Numbered from the stretch's first letter, positions 1-9,554 are shown. The stretch: DNA of 64,000 bases from an uncultured Spirochaetota bacterium (GCA_963734545.1 CAVTHO010000009.1:244151-308150); one strand, 5' to 3'. The notes: a model not told the origin generated them from the letters alone. Translations and numbers: made by a program.

Positions 1-29
1 CATCACCTGATGGGATTGTAGGAACCCGG

Positions 30-2567
30 TCAGCTCCACTTCACCAGGCCGGGGAGGAAGGGATGCACCAGCGCCCTCTGCTTGGGCAGGATGCGCAGCG
101 TGAAACCCTGGCGCCCGGTGCGGTCACACACCACCTCGGCGCAGTACTTCGCGCTGTCTCCCTCGGTGCCGCAGGGGCTCATCTCCAGCCGCCGCGGCTC
201 TTCGATCTCCCCCTGCGAGGAAAGAGCGCCGTAGTACAGCTCCACGTCGATCTCCTCCGGGGAAAGACCGGCCAGGAAGACGCGCGCGTCCACGGAGATC
301 TTCTCCCCGATGGTCAGGATGGAGTGGGAGCTCGAGCTGAGCGCCTCTATGCGGAGCGAGTCCCAGGCCTTCCTGAGCTTCTCCAGATAGGCGGCGACTT
401 CCCGGGAGAGCGCAAAGCCCTTCTGCGTGTTCTTGCGGCCGTTGGCCAGCGCGGGTATGTAGAAGCTCTCGGCGTATTCCCGAAGCATCCTGTGGCTGCT
501 GAACCGCTTGCCTACCTCCCGCATCGACGCCTTCATCTTCCGGATCCACTCGCGCGGCAGGCCGTCGGGGCCCCGGGTGTAGAACTGGGGAATCACCTCC
601 CGCTCCAGCAGGTCGTAGAGCGCCGCGCCTTCCACCTCGTCCTGCAGGGCGTGGTCCTCGTACTCCTCCCCCCTGCCCACGGCCCACCCGATGTGCGTCG
701 AATACGCCTCGTCCCACCACCCGTCGAGGATGGAAAGGTTCAGCGTGCCGTTCATGGCCGCCTTCATGCCGCTGGTGCCGCTCGCCTCCAGGGGACGTCG
801 GGGCGTGTTCAGCCACAGGTCGCTGCCCGACACGAGGTAGCGGGAAATGGTCATGTCGTAATCCTCGAGAAAGACGATTCTGCTGGCGACCCGGGGATTG
901 CTCGTGAAGTGCACGATCTTCTTTATGATCTCCTTGCCCGCCATGTCGTGCGGATGCGCCTTGCCCGCGAAGATCATCTGGATGGGCCGCTCGTTGTTTG
1001 TCAGCAGCTTGATGAGCCGGTCCGGGTCGGAGAGAAGGAGATCCGCCCTCTTGTACGCGGCAAATCGGCGGGCAAAGCTGATCGTGAGGGCGTACGGGGA
1101 GAGCGCGTTGGCGCTGCGGGTGAGCTCCGAGTTGGTGACGCCCCTCCGCTCGAGCTGCGCCTGCAGACGCATGCGGGCAAAGGCGACCATTCGTTCGCGG
1201 CGGCGCTCGTGCGTGCGCCACAGCTCCTCGTCGGAGACCCGGTCAATCCTGTCCCAGATCTCCTGGTTGGTGGGCGTGTCGTAGAACTCCGGGCCGAAGT
1301 AGCGATCCAGAAGGTCGATCATGTCATGGGTGATCCACGAGCGCGGATGCACCCCGTTGGTGATGTGCGTAATGGGGATCTCTTCCAGCGGCAGCGACGG
1401 CCAGATCTTGTGCCACATCTGGCGCGACACCTCGCCGTGCAGCCGGCTCACCGCGTTGTTGTACGCGGAGAGGCGGAGCGCCAGCACCGTGAGGCAGAAC
1501 TCCTCACCCTCATTGTTCGGGTCCTCCCTGCCGAGGCCGAGGAACTCCTTCCAGGACAAACCGAGCTCGCGCGCGATGTCGCCGAAGTACTTCTCCATGA
1601 GGTCGGAGGAGAAGCGCTCATTGCCCGCGGGAACCGGCGTATGGGTCGTGAAGACATTGGTGGACCAGACCGACTGCCACGCCTCCGCGAAGGAGAGCTT
1701 GCCGCCGCGCATGAGCTGGCGGATTCTTTCGATGCCGAGGAACGCGGAGTGTCCCTCGTTCATGTGCATGCAGACCGCCTTGATCCCGAGCGCGGCCAGG
1801 GCGCGGATGCCGCCGATACCCAGCACGATCTCCTGCTGCATGCGGGTTTCGCGGTCCCCGCCGTACAGGGACGCCGTCACGAGGCGCAGCGGCTGGGGAT
1901 TGGCCTCGATGTTCGTATCCAGGAGATAGAGCATGTTCTTGCCGACTTTTACCTGCCAGATCCATGCGGCTGCAGCCGAAGGTCCCAGCTCGACCTGCAC
2001 GGAGATCGGCGCTCCTTTTGCATCGCGGCACAGGGTGACCGGCATGTTGTACCAGTCATTCTCGGGATATGACTCCTGCTGGAAACCGTCCATGTTCAGG
2101 TATTGCTGGAAGTATCCCTGGCGATAGAGCAGCCCCACCCCGACGAGGGGCAGCCCCAGGTCGGAGGAGGTTTTCATGTGATCGCCGGAAAGCATGCCCA
2201 GGCCGCCGGAGTACACCGGCAGCGCGACGTCCAGCCCGTACTCCATGGAGAAATAGGCGATGGCGTCTTCCGCTCCCCCCTTGTACCAGCGCTCCGCCCC
2301 GAGGTAGCGCCTGAACTTGGCCCACACGGCATCCAGCGCCGCAAGGAAGGAGTCGTCGGCGGCCGCCTGCTCCAGCCTGTCCTGGGAAACAAGGCCCAGC
2401 ATGCGCACCGGGCTCTGGCGCGAGGCGATCCAGGCGTCGTAGTCCAGCCGCATGAAGAGCATGATCGCCTCGAAGTTCCAGCTGATCCACAGGTTGTGCG
2501 CCAACTCTTCCAGCGGCTTCAGCTTTGCCGGAATGTTGGGCTTGATCGTGAATGCGAGCAGTCCCAT
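30..2567 (-). CDS. glgP: alpha-glucan (glycogen/maltodextrin) phosphorylase, GT35 family
   Basis: ORF 30..3137(-). The recognisable protein starts at ATG 2567 (MGLLAFTIKPNIPAKLKPLEELAHNLWISWNFEA...). Motifs NEGHSAF, THITNGVHPRSW and EASGTSGMKAAMNGTLNLSILDGWW (PLP-Lys region). The upstream 190 codons of the ORF overlap the divergent mutase gene and were trimmed. No frame breaks. Confidence 0.9.
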   Translation of the reverse strand: MGLLAFTIKPNIPAKLKPLEELAHNLWISWNFEAIMLFMRLDYDAWIASRQSPVRMLGLVSQDRLEQAAADDSFLAALDAVWAKFRRYLGAERWYKGGAEDAIAYFSMEYGLDVALPVYSGGLGMLSGDHMKTSSDLGLPLVGVGLLYRQGYFQQYLNMDGFQQESYPENDWYNMPVTLCRDAKGAPISVQVELGPSAAAAWIWQVKVGKNMLYLLDTNIEANPQPLRLVTASLYGGDRETRMQQEIVLGIGGIRALAALGIKAVCMHMNEGHSAFLGIERIRQLMRGGKLSFAEAWQSVWSTNVFTTHTPVPAGNERFSSDLMEKYFGDIARELGLSWKEFLGLGREDPNNEGEEFCLTVLALRLSAYNNAVSRLHGEVSRQMWHKIWPSLPLEEIPITHITNGVHPRSWITHDMIDLLDRYFGPEFYDTPTNQEIWDRIDRVSDEELWRTHERRRERMVAFARMRLQAQLERRGVTNSELTRSANALSPYALTISFARRFAAYKRADLLLSDPDRLIKLLTNNERPIQMIFAGKAHPHDMAGKEIIKKIVHFTSNPRVASRIVFLEDYDMTISRYLVSGSDLWLNTPRRPLEASGTSGMKAAMNGTLNLSILDGWWDEAYSTHIGWAVGRGEEYEDHALQDEVEGAALYDLLEREVIPQFYTRGPDGLPREWIRKMKASMREVGKRFSSHRMLREYAESFYIPALANGRKNTQKGFALSREVAAYLEKLRKAWDSLRIEALSSSSHSILTIGEKISVDARVFLAGLSPEEIDVELYYGALSSQGEIEEPRRLEMSPCGTEGDSAKYCAEVVCDRTGRQGFTLRILPKQRALVHPFLPGLVKWS

Positions 2568-2675
2568 GTATTCGGATGGTAATGAAAAACAAACGCGCTG
2601 TACAGCGACGTCCCGCGCGCGCCTCTCGCGTGCGACGGATTGCGGCCGGTGCCGAGTCGTATTACATTCTCCCGG

Positions 2676-4044
2676 ATGGGTATCTTCAAATCGTACGACA
2701 TTCGGGGAATCTACGGCAGGGAGTGGGACAGTACGACAGCGCATGCAATCGGCCGTCACCTCCCTGCGCTCCTCGGCGCGCGCCACATTGCGGTGGGCAG
2801 GGACGTGCGGCTTTCCACCGAGGAGGTCTTCCACTCGCTCACACGGGGCCTGACCGAGTCCGGCTGCGACGTTACCGACATCGGGCTGTGTGACACGCCG
2901 GCGGTCTACTTTGCCACGGCGTTCTACGGGATGGAGGGCAGCGTCATGATCACCGCGTCCCACAACCCTCCCGAATACAATGGCCTGAAGATCTCCCGCC
3001 GCGAGGCGGTTCCGGTAGGCTATGACACGGGCCTGGCGCAGCTCGAAGAGCTCGTGAGCCGCAAAACGCTGCCGGAGCCGGCGGGCGCGCCGGGGACCGT
3101 GCGCGTGCGGGACATCCGCGCGGACTATGTGTCGCATCTGGCGCGATTCCGCTCGGATCTCTCACCGCTGCGTGTCGTCATCGACTGCTCCAACGGCATG
3201 GCGGGAGTGTACCTGAGAGACGCGCTGGAAGGCACGTCCGGCAGCTTCACACTCATGTACGAGGAGCGGGACGGGAGCTTTCCCCACCACGCGCCTAATC
3301 CTCTCGTGGAGGAAAACCTGGCGGACCTCAAACGCCGCGTCGTGCGGGAGAAGGCGAGCCTCGGGATCTGCTTCGACGGGGATGCGGACCGGGTCATGTT
3401 CGTCGACGAGACGGGGCGTTTCATCTCCCCCGATCTCATCATCGGTCTCCTGGGCACCTACTACTTCACGCGTCACCCGGAACAGGCTGGCGGGGGGCAG
3501 CCGCGCGGTCACCTACGACGTGCGCTCCTCCCGAAGCGTCGTCGAGTTCCTGCGCGCGCGCGGCGCGGATCCCCTGATCTGCCGGGTGGGACATTCGTTT
3601 GCAAAGAAGCTTCTCCGCGACACGCGGGGGATCGTCGGGGGAGAGCTGGCGGGACACTACTATTTCCGCGAGAACTACTTCTGCGATTCGGGTCTCATCG
3701 CCGCGCTGGTCGTCATGGAAGTACTTGCGGCGGACGGCCGCGCGTTCTCGAGCGTGATGGAGGACATCCGCAAGTACCATTTCTCCGGCGAGCTCAACTT
3801 CACCGTGCCCAACGGCGCGGAGATCGTGCGCAGGGTCCAGGCGGATTACCCCGAGGGACAGCTCACCGACATCGACGGCATCCGGATGGATTTTCCCGAC
3901 TGGTGGTTCAACCTGAGGGTCTCTAATACGGAGCCTCTCCTGAGGCTCGTCGTGGAAGCGGCCACGGAAGGCGGGCTCGAAGAGAGGAAGAAGGAGCTGA
4001 TCGGGAAGATCAGGCTCTACACGGCGGCCGCCATTCGGGGATGA
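2676..4044 (+). CDS. phosphoglucomutase/phosphomannomutase (alpha-D-phosphohexomutase family); one apparent +1 frameshift near 3490
   Basis: MGIFKSYDIRGIYG start at ATG 2676. Phosphoserine loop ITASHNPPEYNGLK and metal site FDGDADRVMF. The N-terminal part is in ORF 2640..3926 and the C-terminal part (AVTYDVRSSRSVVEFL...GHSF...GGELAGHYYF...RVSNTEPLLRL) is in ORF 3382..4044. The frame switches at or next to a G6 run at 3492-3497. Confidence 0.85.
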
Positions 4045-4069
4045 CCCGGCGGCTCTTCCCGGGACCGCC

Positions 4070-5680
4070 CTACTGGGGAGGAATCACGAGCTGCCAGCCC
4101 GGATAGATCAGGTCCGGGTTCTGGATGAGCTTGCGGTTGCGCCTCCAGATGCTGGGCCAGCGGTACGGGTCTCCGTAGATCTCCTTGTATTCCGCGATCC
4201 GCCAGAGACAGTCGCGTCGATCCGGAATCAGGCGCACCGTGTAGACGCCCTTCACCGCGTATGATTTGTAGATGTCGATGTAGCGCTGGGCCTCGTTGAA
4301 GTAGTCCAGGGCCTTGACGTAGTTGCCCGCCGCCTTCTCTTTCAGCCCCTGCACCCAGAGATCGCGCGCCTGCTGCAGGAGGTTCACGGTGGAATCCTCC
4401 GCCAGCACGGCGGTGCTCTGATCCGTCGGAATGCGCAACGACTGGCCGCCGGGAGCGCCGTCCTGCTCCTCCTGCTTCATCATCTGGTCGATTTCCTTGA
4501 GCAGCTCGTCCTCTGTCCAGTTCTGCGGCTTGATGAGGGTGCCGTCCTCCGTCACGATCGTCATCCGTGAAGCATCCTGGAGGGACTTCATGACCTGCGC
4601 CTGGGCCGCCTCCGCCTTTGCCTTCGCCTCTGCCTGCCGGCCGTCACGCGCTTCCCGGGCGATCCGCAGCGTGTCACGGGCAGCCTCCCGGGCAGCACCG
4701 AAGTTCTCCTCCGCGTTGTCCAGGTCCCACGCGTGCCACGCGTCGAGCCCTTTCAGGTAGAGACCGGTGACCTTGTCCTTCTGCTCCGGCGCCCATGTAT
4801 AGAGCTCTTCGTCTTCGGCCTGTTTCATCAGCTGCTCGGTATCGAACTTGAGCGTGCGCACATTGGCCAGCCGGGTCTCCAGCCGGTTGCGGAGGTCCGT
4901 CATGTCTTTGAGCGCCTTGTATGCCCGAGCGCGCGCGTCGGCATACTCGCCGTTCCGGTACAGGCCCGCCGCCTCATCTATCCCCGCCGTCGCGGCGGTG
5001 AAGTCTTCCGGAAGGAACTTGTCAGCCTCGAGAACGAGCAGTTTCTGCCGGGCCGCTTCCATCCGGGCCGCCATTTCCTCTCCGGCGCGCTGAACGGCAT
5101 TGGTGAATGCCAGATCCGCTTTCTCCCGGGAGCCCGCGAGTCTCTGCCGGGCGGAGGCAGGGTCTGTTGTCCGCAGATCGATCCCCTCGTCCAGCAGGCG
5201 CCGCGCCGCATCGTAGTTCTCGCTGTCGTAGTAGTCCGCGTCGACTTCCTTTGCGCGCGCGAGCGCGTTCCGCGCTTCCGTGATCTCCGTGTCAGTGACA
5301 GGACCGGCCTGCTGCGTGGTCTGGATGGTGGTGGTCTGCGCCGTGCCGCCGATCGTGAACGTGGCGCTCGCAACAGGGGAATCATTCCAGCCTGTCTTGT
5401 AGGCGATGGCACGGATCGTGGTTGTGGAGGAGACCTGCAGGGGCCCCGCATACACGGTGCCGCTTGTCGAGGTGGGCGCGCTCGAGTCCGTTGTATAACG
5501 AATCTCCGCGCCTTCGGTGGAGGAGGTGATCGTCACGGTCTGTGTGTCGGTGTATGAACCCTCTGCGGGGTTGAATGCCGGCGCCTCGACCGTGTTTTCC
5601 GGGGGTTTGGGCGCCGACGGGCAATTCACGAGCAGGAGCGACAGAGCGAAGATTGCCGGAAGCCGCATCATACGGGCCAT
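4070..5680 (-). CDS. LysM-domain lipoprotein with N-terminal chitobiase/hexosaminidase-C-like (Fn3-like) domain and helical repeat middle
   Basis: Start chosen at MARMMRLPAIFALSLLLVNC (lipobox-like LVNC), with AGGGAGG 7-8 nt upstream. FNPAEGSYTDTQTVTITSS..AEIRYTTDSSAPT..Y.GPL matches the CHB_HEX_C pattern. The C-terminus YTVRLIPDRRDCLWRIAEYKEIYGDPYRWPSIWRRNRKLIQNPDLIYPGWQLVIP is a LysM fold motif. Confidence 0.7.
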   Translation of the reverse strand: MARMMRLPAIFALSLLLVNCPSAPKPPENTVEAPAFNPAEGSYTDTQTVTITSSTEGAEIRYTTDSSAPTSTSGTVYAGPLQVSSTTTIRAIAYKTGWNDSPVASATFTIGGTAQTTTIQTTQQAGPVTDTEITEARNALARAKEVDADYYDSENYDAARRLLDEGIDLRTTDPASARQRLAGSREKADLAFTNAVQRAGEEMAARMEAARQKLLVLEADKFLPEDFTAATAGIDEAAGLYRNGEYADARARAYKALKDMTDLRNRLETRLANVRTLKFDTEQLMKQAEDEELYTWAPEQKDKVTGLYLKGLDAWHAWDLDNAEENFGAAREAARDTLRIAREARDGRQAEAKAKAEAAQAQVMKSLQDASRMTIVTEDGTLIKPQNWTEDELLKEIDQMMKQEEQDGAPGGQSLRIPTDQSTAVLAEDSTVNLLQQARDLWVQGLKEKAAGNYVKALDYFNEAQRYIDIYKSYAVKGVYTVRLIPDRRDCLWRIAEYKEIYGDPYRWPSIWRRNRKLIQNPDLIYPGWQLVIPPQ

Positions 5681-5735
5681 TGGAAGCCTCCCTGTCGGCG
5701 CATTCTCCAAAGCAGTCTAACAGGGCAAAAATCAG

Positions 5736-5764
5736 TTGTCAACTCAAAGTCGAATTGATAGAAT
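5736..5764 (+). promoter_or_regulatory. sigma70-type promoter TTGTCA-N17-TAGAAT
   Basis: TTGTCA 5736-5741, 17-nt spacer, TAGAAT 5759-5764. It lies about 60 nt upstream of the 5826 ATG, which has an AAGGAGG RBS. The stretch is AT-rich in a GC-rich genome. Confidence 0.5.
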
Positions 5765-5825
5765 GAATTAGAATGCACCGTGGTACGCCGCGGATTTTTT
5801 TGCCTGTCGTGTAAGGAGGCCGCGC

Positions 5826-6983
5826 ATGAGGAAGACAATGGTCCTCTCCGTTCTCTTGCTCTCCTTCGCCGCCGGGCTTCTCTGGGCGCAGTTCTGGAGA
5901 GACTACACCGACACGGATCGCCGGGCCACCGGCGAGGCATACTGGCTGGTGGGCGGGCAGTACGAGGCAATCGGACAACCGGAAGTGGGCGGCTCGTTCA
6001 AGGCCATGGCCAGGGAAATCTACCCGGAGCTGGATCCGGCTGCAATCACCGACCAGGCCCTTCCTTCCGCCGCGGAGATGCTCGCGCAGGGACGAACCAC
6101 GGAAATCGGCGCGGGCGCGGCCGGGATTCCCGCGGGGGCGGTCAATTCGTTCTTCCTGCGGTTTCTCGGCGCGCTGCTGGACAAGGACGCCGCCGGTATC
6201 GCCGGATTCCTGGACGGGTCAGTGTACCTCACGCGGCCGCCCGCCGAGGTGAGCCGGGCGGACGCCCAGGCGGCAATGGAGGATTTCTTCAAGGACGCCC
6301 CGGTCCCGGACCTTCAGCCTTCCCGCGTGTACAACCTGGACAGCATCGTCATAGCCCGGGCCCCGCGCGCCATGCAGGCGGCATGGGGAGAAACCTACAC
6401 GCTCACGGTCAGCGCCGCGGCCGACTACTCGCAGTACGTGAGCTTCTGGGACATGACGCAGCAGTTCTTCATCCGGCGCGTGTCGGGAAACTGGTACCTG
6501 TTCGGGTACGGTCCCACGCCCCCTCCGCTCAACTGGACGCCGCAGAAGGCGCAAGCGGTGGAGCAGCAGGCCCCGGCCACCGCGGCTGAGGCAGACGCCG
6601 GCAACGCCATCACTCATGCCTTCACCTCGTGCCTGTCCGCCCTTCTGAAAAAGGACGCGGAGGGAGCGCTCGCATTCATGAGCCCCAGCGTCCATTTTTT
6701 GCGGATGCGCCAGAGCGTCACACGGGATGAGTTGAAGACCACGCTGCAGGGATATTTCGACACCGCGGATTTCAAGAACGCCGAGGCGTCCGACGTGGTG
6801 GACCTCGACAGCATATTTGTAGAGCCCAGCGCGAGCCCGGTGCCGGGCGTGACAGGAGAGGTCTACATGCTCAACGTGCAGTCCAGGATGGACCTCTCGG
6901 CCGGCATCCCGTTCTGGTCGGGCTATCAGAGGTACTATTTCATGCAGGAGGCGGGGAACTGGGTCATATTCGCGATTCTGTAG
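5826..6983 (+). CDS. secreted hypothetical protein with two tandem NTF2/SnoaL-like halves
   Basis: Signal peptide MRKTMVLSVLLLSFAAGLLWAQ. Two internally similar halves: FFLRFLGALLDKDAAGIAGFLDGSVYL...GNWYLFGY and FTSCLSALLKKDAEGALAFMSPSVHFL...GNWVIFAI. Confidence 0.55.
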   Translation: MRKTMVLSVLLLSFAAGLLWAQFWRDYTDTDRRATGEAYWLVGGQYEAIGQPEVGGSFKAMAREIYPELDPAAITDQALPSAAEMLAQGRTTEIGAGAAGIPAGAVNSFFLRFLGALLDKDAAGIAGFLDGSVYLTRPPAEVSRADAQAAMEDFFKDAPVPDLQPSRVYNLDSIVIARAPRAMQAAWGETYTLTVSAAADYSQYVSFWDMTQQFFIRRVSGNWYLFGYGPTPPPLNWTPQKAQAVEQQAPATAAEADAGNAITHAFTSCLSALLKKDAEGALAFMSPSVHFLRMRQSVTRDELKTTLQGYFDTADFKNAEASDVVDLDSIFVEPSASPVPGVTGEVYMLNVQSRMDLSAGIPFWSGYQRYYFMQEAGNWVIFAIL

Positions 6984-7006
6984 GCCTTCCGCGGTACACC
7001 GCGGAG

Positions 7007-8143
7007 TTGGACGCCGAAGGCGCGCCTCGGCAGGGACGACGTTCGCGTCGAACGGGTACTCCCGTACGCACGAAGCGCGCCTCAGGCCGCGCGGCAATCG
7101 CGCGCGCCTTTTCGATCGGACTTCTGCTGATCGCGGGGACGGCGTTCTGCGAGGGGAAGCTTGGAAGCGTCACGTACCTGGAGGGGGAAGTCTCCATGGT
7201 CCGCGACGGCGCGGAAGTGGACAATCTTGCAATAGGGGCGGACCTTCAGAATTTCGATCTCATAAGAACCGGCTCCGACGGCCTGGCCGAACTGGAGGTC
7301 GCCACATCACAGTCGCCCCGGATGACGATAAAGATCAGTGCGGACACGCAATTCTCCTTTGAGATAGCGGCAATCGAGGGAAAGCAACAGACGACCCTGG
7401 GCATCCTGGGAGGGAGCATCAGCCTGAAGGCATCCCGTCTCGCCGGCACCCAGGCACTATCGGTGAAGACGGATACTGCCGTAATGGGGGTGCGGGGCAC
7501 GCAGTTCGACGTGACGGCACCTCCCACCGGTGACGTCCTGGTGACGTGCGATGAAGGTGAAGTGGTCGTCACGGATGACCAGGGCAAGGAGCTTCACGCA
7601 ATTCCCGGAACCGTCGTGGAAAAAAGGCCGGCCGAGCTGTACCGCACCGTGCCGGTGGCCGTCTCCGACCTTGCGAAGTTTCGCGGGCAATGGAGCTCCG
7701 AGCGCAGGCAGGCGCTGGAAAGAAACGCGCTCCGTTTGATCCAGGCAAACGCGAGACTCTACACCGCCCTTGTGGCGGGGTTGAACGCGGCGTACGCCGA
7801 GCTCGCGAAAAGCCAGGCCATCCTCAGAAAGTGGGCGGACGAGGACAAAAGCGCACGGATCGGTCAACGGGCCGAGGTCATCAGGGAAAGAAGGCAGATC
7901 GGCGGGCTCCTGGTGCGTCTCCGACGCATTCAATTCCAGCTCGAGCGCGTCCAGTTCCGACTTCTGCGGCTGAAATCCTACCACGACAGGGGGATCGGGG
8001 CAGGACAGCTGGAGGGAGGGGAAACTACAGCGCAGTTCTTCGACAGGTTCGCGAATGAGCGGAAAGACGTGGAGCAGAAACTGTCATCAACGCGCTCCGT
8101 GACAAAGATGTACGTGAGGCGGAGCGAGGGAAGGCTGCCGTAG
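7007..8143 (+). CDS. FecR-domain protein (secreted or membrane-anchored)
   Basis: TTG start at 7007; no other in-frame start precedes the hydrophobic segment AFSIGLLLIAGTAFC. The FecR-like beta region is GSVTYLEGEVSMVRDG...IRTGSDGLAELE...VKTDTAVMGVRGTQFDV. The C-terminal half looks helical. The first ~25 codons lie inside the repeat copy. Confidence 0.65.
   Translation: MDAEGAPRQGRRSRRTGTPVRTKRASGRAAIARAFSIGLLLIAGTAFCEGKLGSVTYLEGEVSMVRDGAEVDNLAIGADLQNFDLIRTGSDGLAELEVATSQSPRMTIKISADTQFSFEIAAIEGKQQTTLGILGGSISLKASRLAGTQALSVKTDTAVMGVRGTQFDVTAPPTGDVLVTCDEGEVVVTDDQGKELHAIPGTVVEKRPAELYRTVPVAVSDLAKFRGQWSSERRQALERNALRLIQANARLYTALVAGLNAAYAELAKSQAILRKWADEDKSARIGQRAEVIRERRQIGGLLVRLRRIQFQLERVQFRLLRLKSYHDRGIGAGQLEGGETTAQFFDRFANERKDVEQKLSSTRSVTKMYVRRSEGRLP
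7009..7081 (+). repeat. short copy of local intergenic repeat family (shares the 33-nt core GGACGACGTTCGCGTCGAACGGGTAYTCCCGTA)
   Basis: Core at 7034-7066 matches 8254-8286 with one mismatch and matches 8337-8359. Flanks GGACGCCGAAGGCGCGCC and GAAGCGCGCC resemble the unit ends downstream. The core contains the hairpin CGTTCG-cgt-CGAACG. Confidence 0.7.
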
Positions 8144-8359
8144 CCAGGGATGGCGAGGGCGAGCGAGTCCAGGGATGGACGAAAGCGAGCCCGTAGGCAT
8201 GGACGCCGAGGGGCGCCGAGTACATGGATGTACGGCAGGCGCCCCTTAGACATGGACGACGTTCGCGTCGAACGGGTATTCCCGTATGGCGAGGGGCGCC
8301 GAGTACATGGATGTACGGCAGGCGCCCCTTAGACATGGACGACGTTCGCGTCGAACGGG
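8144..8359 (+). repeat. tandem intergenic repeat: degenerate lead-in plus 83-bp unit x ~1.8
   Basis: Unit 1 is 8208-8290 and unit 2 is 8291-8359 (truncated), near-identical: GAGGGGCGCCGAGTACATGGATGTACGGCAGGCGCCCCTTAGACATGGACGACGTTCGCGTCGAACGGG... Internal hairpins GTACAT-gg-ATGTAC and CGTTCG-cgt-CGAACG. The repeat generates duplicate spurious ORFs (MSKGRLPYIHVLGAPR...). Confidence 0.85.
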
Positions 8360-8411
8360 GGCGCGGGGCGCCAACTTCGTCCGCCGTCGGCGTCCAGTCC
8401 AGGGAGGCAAT

Positions 8412-8445
8412 AAAAAAGGCTGTCCAGAGGGACAGCCTTTTTCTT
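8412..8445. terminator. bidirectional rho-independent terminator
   Basis: AAAAAA-GGCTGTCC-agag-GGACAGCC-TTTTT, with stem 8418-8425 / 8430-8437. It sits between the convergent FecR-domain gene (+) and the ABC ATPase gene (-). Confidence 0.75.
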
Positions 8446-8459
8446 GCACAGTGTGGGTG

Positions 8460-9554
8460 CTAGAATATCGACTTCTCGGTCTCGATGTCGAAGAAATGGA
8501 TCTTGCTCAGGTCAGGGTGCAGGTTGGCGGTGTCCCCGATGTGGAAGGTGAATCGCGGTGCGACCTTTGCGACAAGCTGGTTCGCCTTGGTGCTGACCCA
8601 GAGGTGGATCTCGGAACCGAGCGGCTCGATGACCTCCACCTTTGACGGAATATTATTCACCCTTTCCGGCGCTTCCGTGTAGAGCAGATCTTCGGGTCTC
8701 ACGCCGAAGATGGCATCCTTCCCGGCGTAGTTGCGCAGGGTCTCCGACTGCTGCGGGGTGAGCTCCATCTTGAAGGAGCCTTCATCCGCTATCAGCTTGC
8801 CGTTTTCCATCTTCAGGCTGACCTTCATGAAGTTCATCGGAGGGGACCCGATGAATCCGGCCACGAACCTGTTCACCGGCGTGTTGTACAGACCCAGCGG
8901 CGTGCCGATCTGCTGAATGAGCCCGTCCTTGAGCACCACGATCCTGTCCCCCATGGTCATTGCCTCGATCTGGTCATGGGTGACATAGATCATCGTTGCC
9001 TGGAGCCTGTGGTGCAGCGCGGAAAGCTCGGCCCTCATCTGGACCCTCAGCTTCGCGTCCAGGTTGGAGAGCGGCTCGTCGAAGAGGAATACCTTGGGCT
9101 TGCGCACGATGGCGCGTCCCACCGCGACGCGCTGCCTCTGTCCGCCGGAGAGCGCCTTGGGCTTCCGGTCGAGCAGCTCCTCGATGTCCAGGATCTGCGC
9201 GGCTTCGTGCACGCGCGCGTTGATTTCCGCCTTTGGATACTTGCGGATCTTCAAGCCGAACGCCATGTTGTCATAGACCGTCATGTGGGGATACAGGGCG
9301 TAGTTCTGGAACACCATGGCGATGTCCCGGTCCTTCGGCGCTACGTCGTTCATGAGCTTTCCGTCGATGTAAAGCTCACCGGTCGAGATTTCCTCGAGCC
9401 CCGCGACCATCCTGAGGGTGGTGGTCTTCCCGCAACCCGACGGACCAACCAGGACGACGAATTCCTTGTCATTAATCGTCAGGTTTGCGTTGTCGACGGC
9501 CTTGACGCCGCCTTCATAGATCTTGGTGATGTTTCGCAATTCTACTGTCGCCAT
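8460..9554 (-). CDS. sugar ABC transporter ATP-binding protein (MalK/MsmK/UgpC type)
   Basis: Walker A GPSGCGKTT, Q-loop MVFQNYALYPHM, signature LSGGQRQRVAVGRA, Walker B VFLFDEPLSNLD, and a C-terminal MalK-type regulatory domain. The ATG at 9554 (MATVEL) has GGGAGG 6-7 nt upstream; the ORF-track TTG at 9560 is less likely. Confidence 0.9.
   Translation of the reverse strand: MATVELRNITKIYEGGVKAVDNANLTINDKEFVVLVGPSGCGKTTTLRMVAGLEEISTGELYIDGKLMNDVAPKDRDIAMVFQNYALYPHMTVYDNMAFGLKIRKYPKAEINARVHEAAQILDIEELLDRKPKALSGGQRQRVAVGRAIVRKPKVFLFDEPLSNLDAKLRVQMRAELSALHHRLQATMIYVTHDQIEAMTMGDRIVVLKDGLIQQIGTPLGLYNTPVNRFVAGFIGSPPMNFMKVSLKMENGKLIADEGSFKMELTPQQSETLRNYAGKDAIFGVRPEDLLYTEAPERVNNIPSKVEVIEPLGSEIHLWVSTKANQLVAKVAPRFTFHIGDTANLHPDLSKIHFFDIETEKSIF

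Noticed and set aside
63-2072. 669-aa ORF on the + strand, antisense to glgP
   Set aside because: Arg/Gly/Pro/Leu-rich with no recognisable motifs, and it lies fully inside a well-supported gene on the other strand. This is typical of spurious long ORFs in high-GC DNA.
2568-3137. 190-codon N-terminal extension of the glgP ORF
   Set aside because: The sequence is not protein-like and overlaps the divergent phosphohexomutase gene. The conserved phosphorylase N-terminus begins at ATG 2567.
8144-8359. Tandem repeats as a possible CRISPR array
   Set aside because: The units are directly adjacent with no spacers. There are fewer than two full copies, the unit length of 83 bp is far outside the CRISPR repeat range, and no cas genes are in the window.
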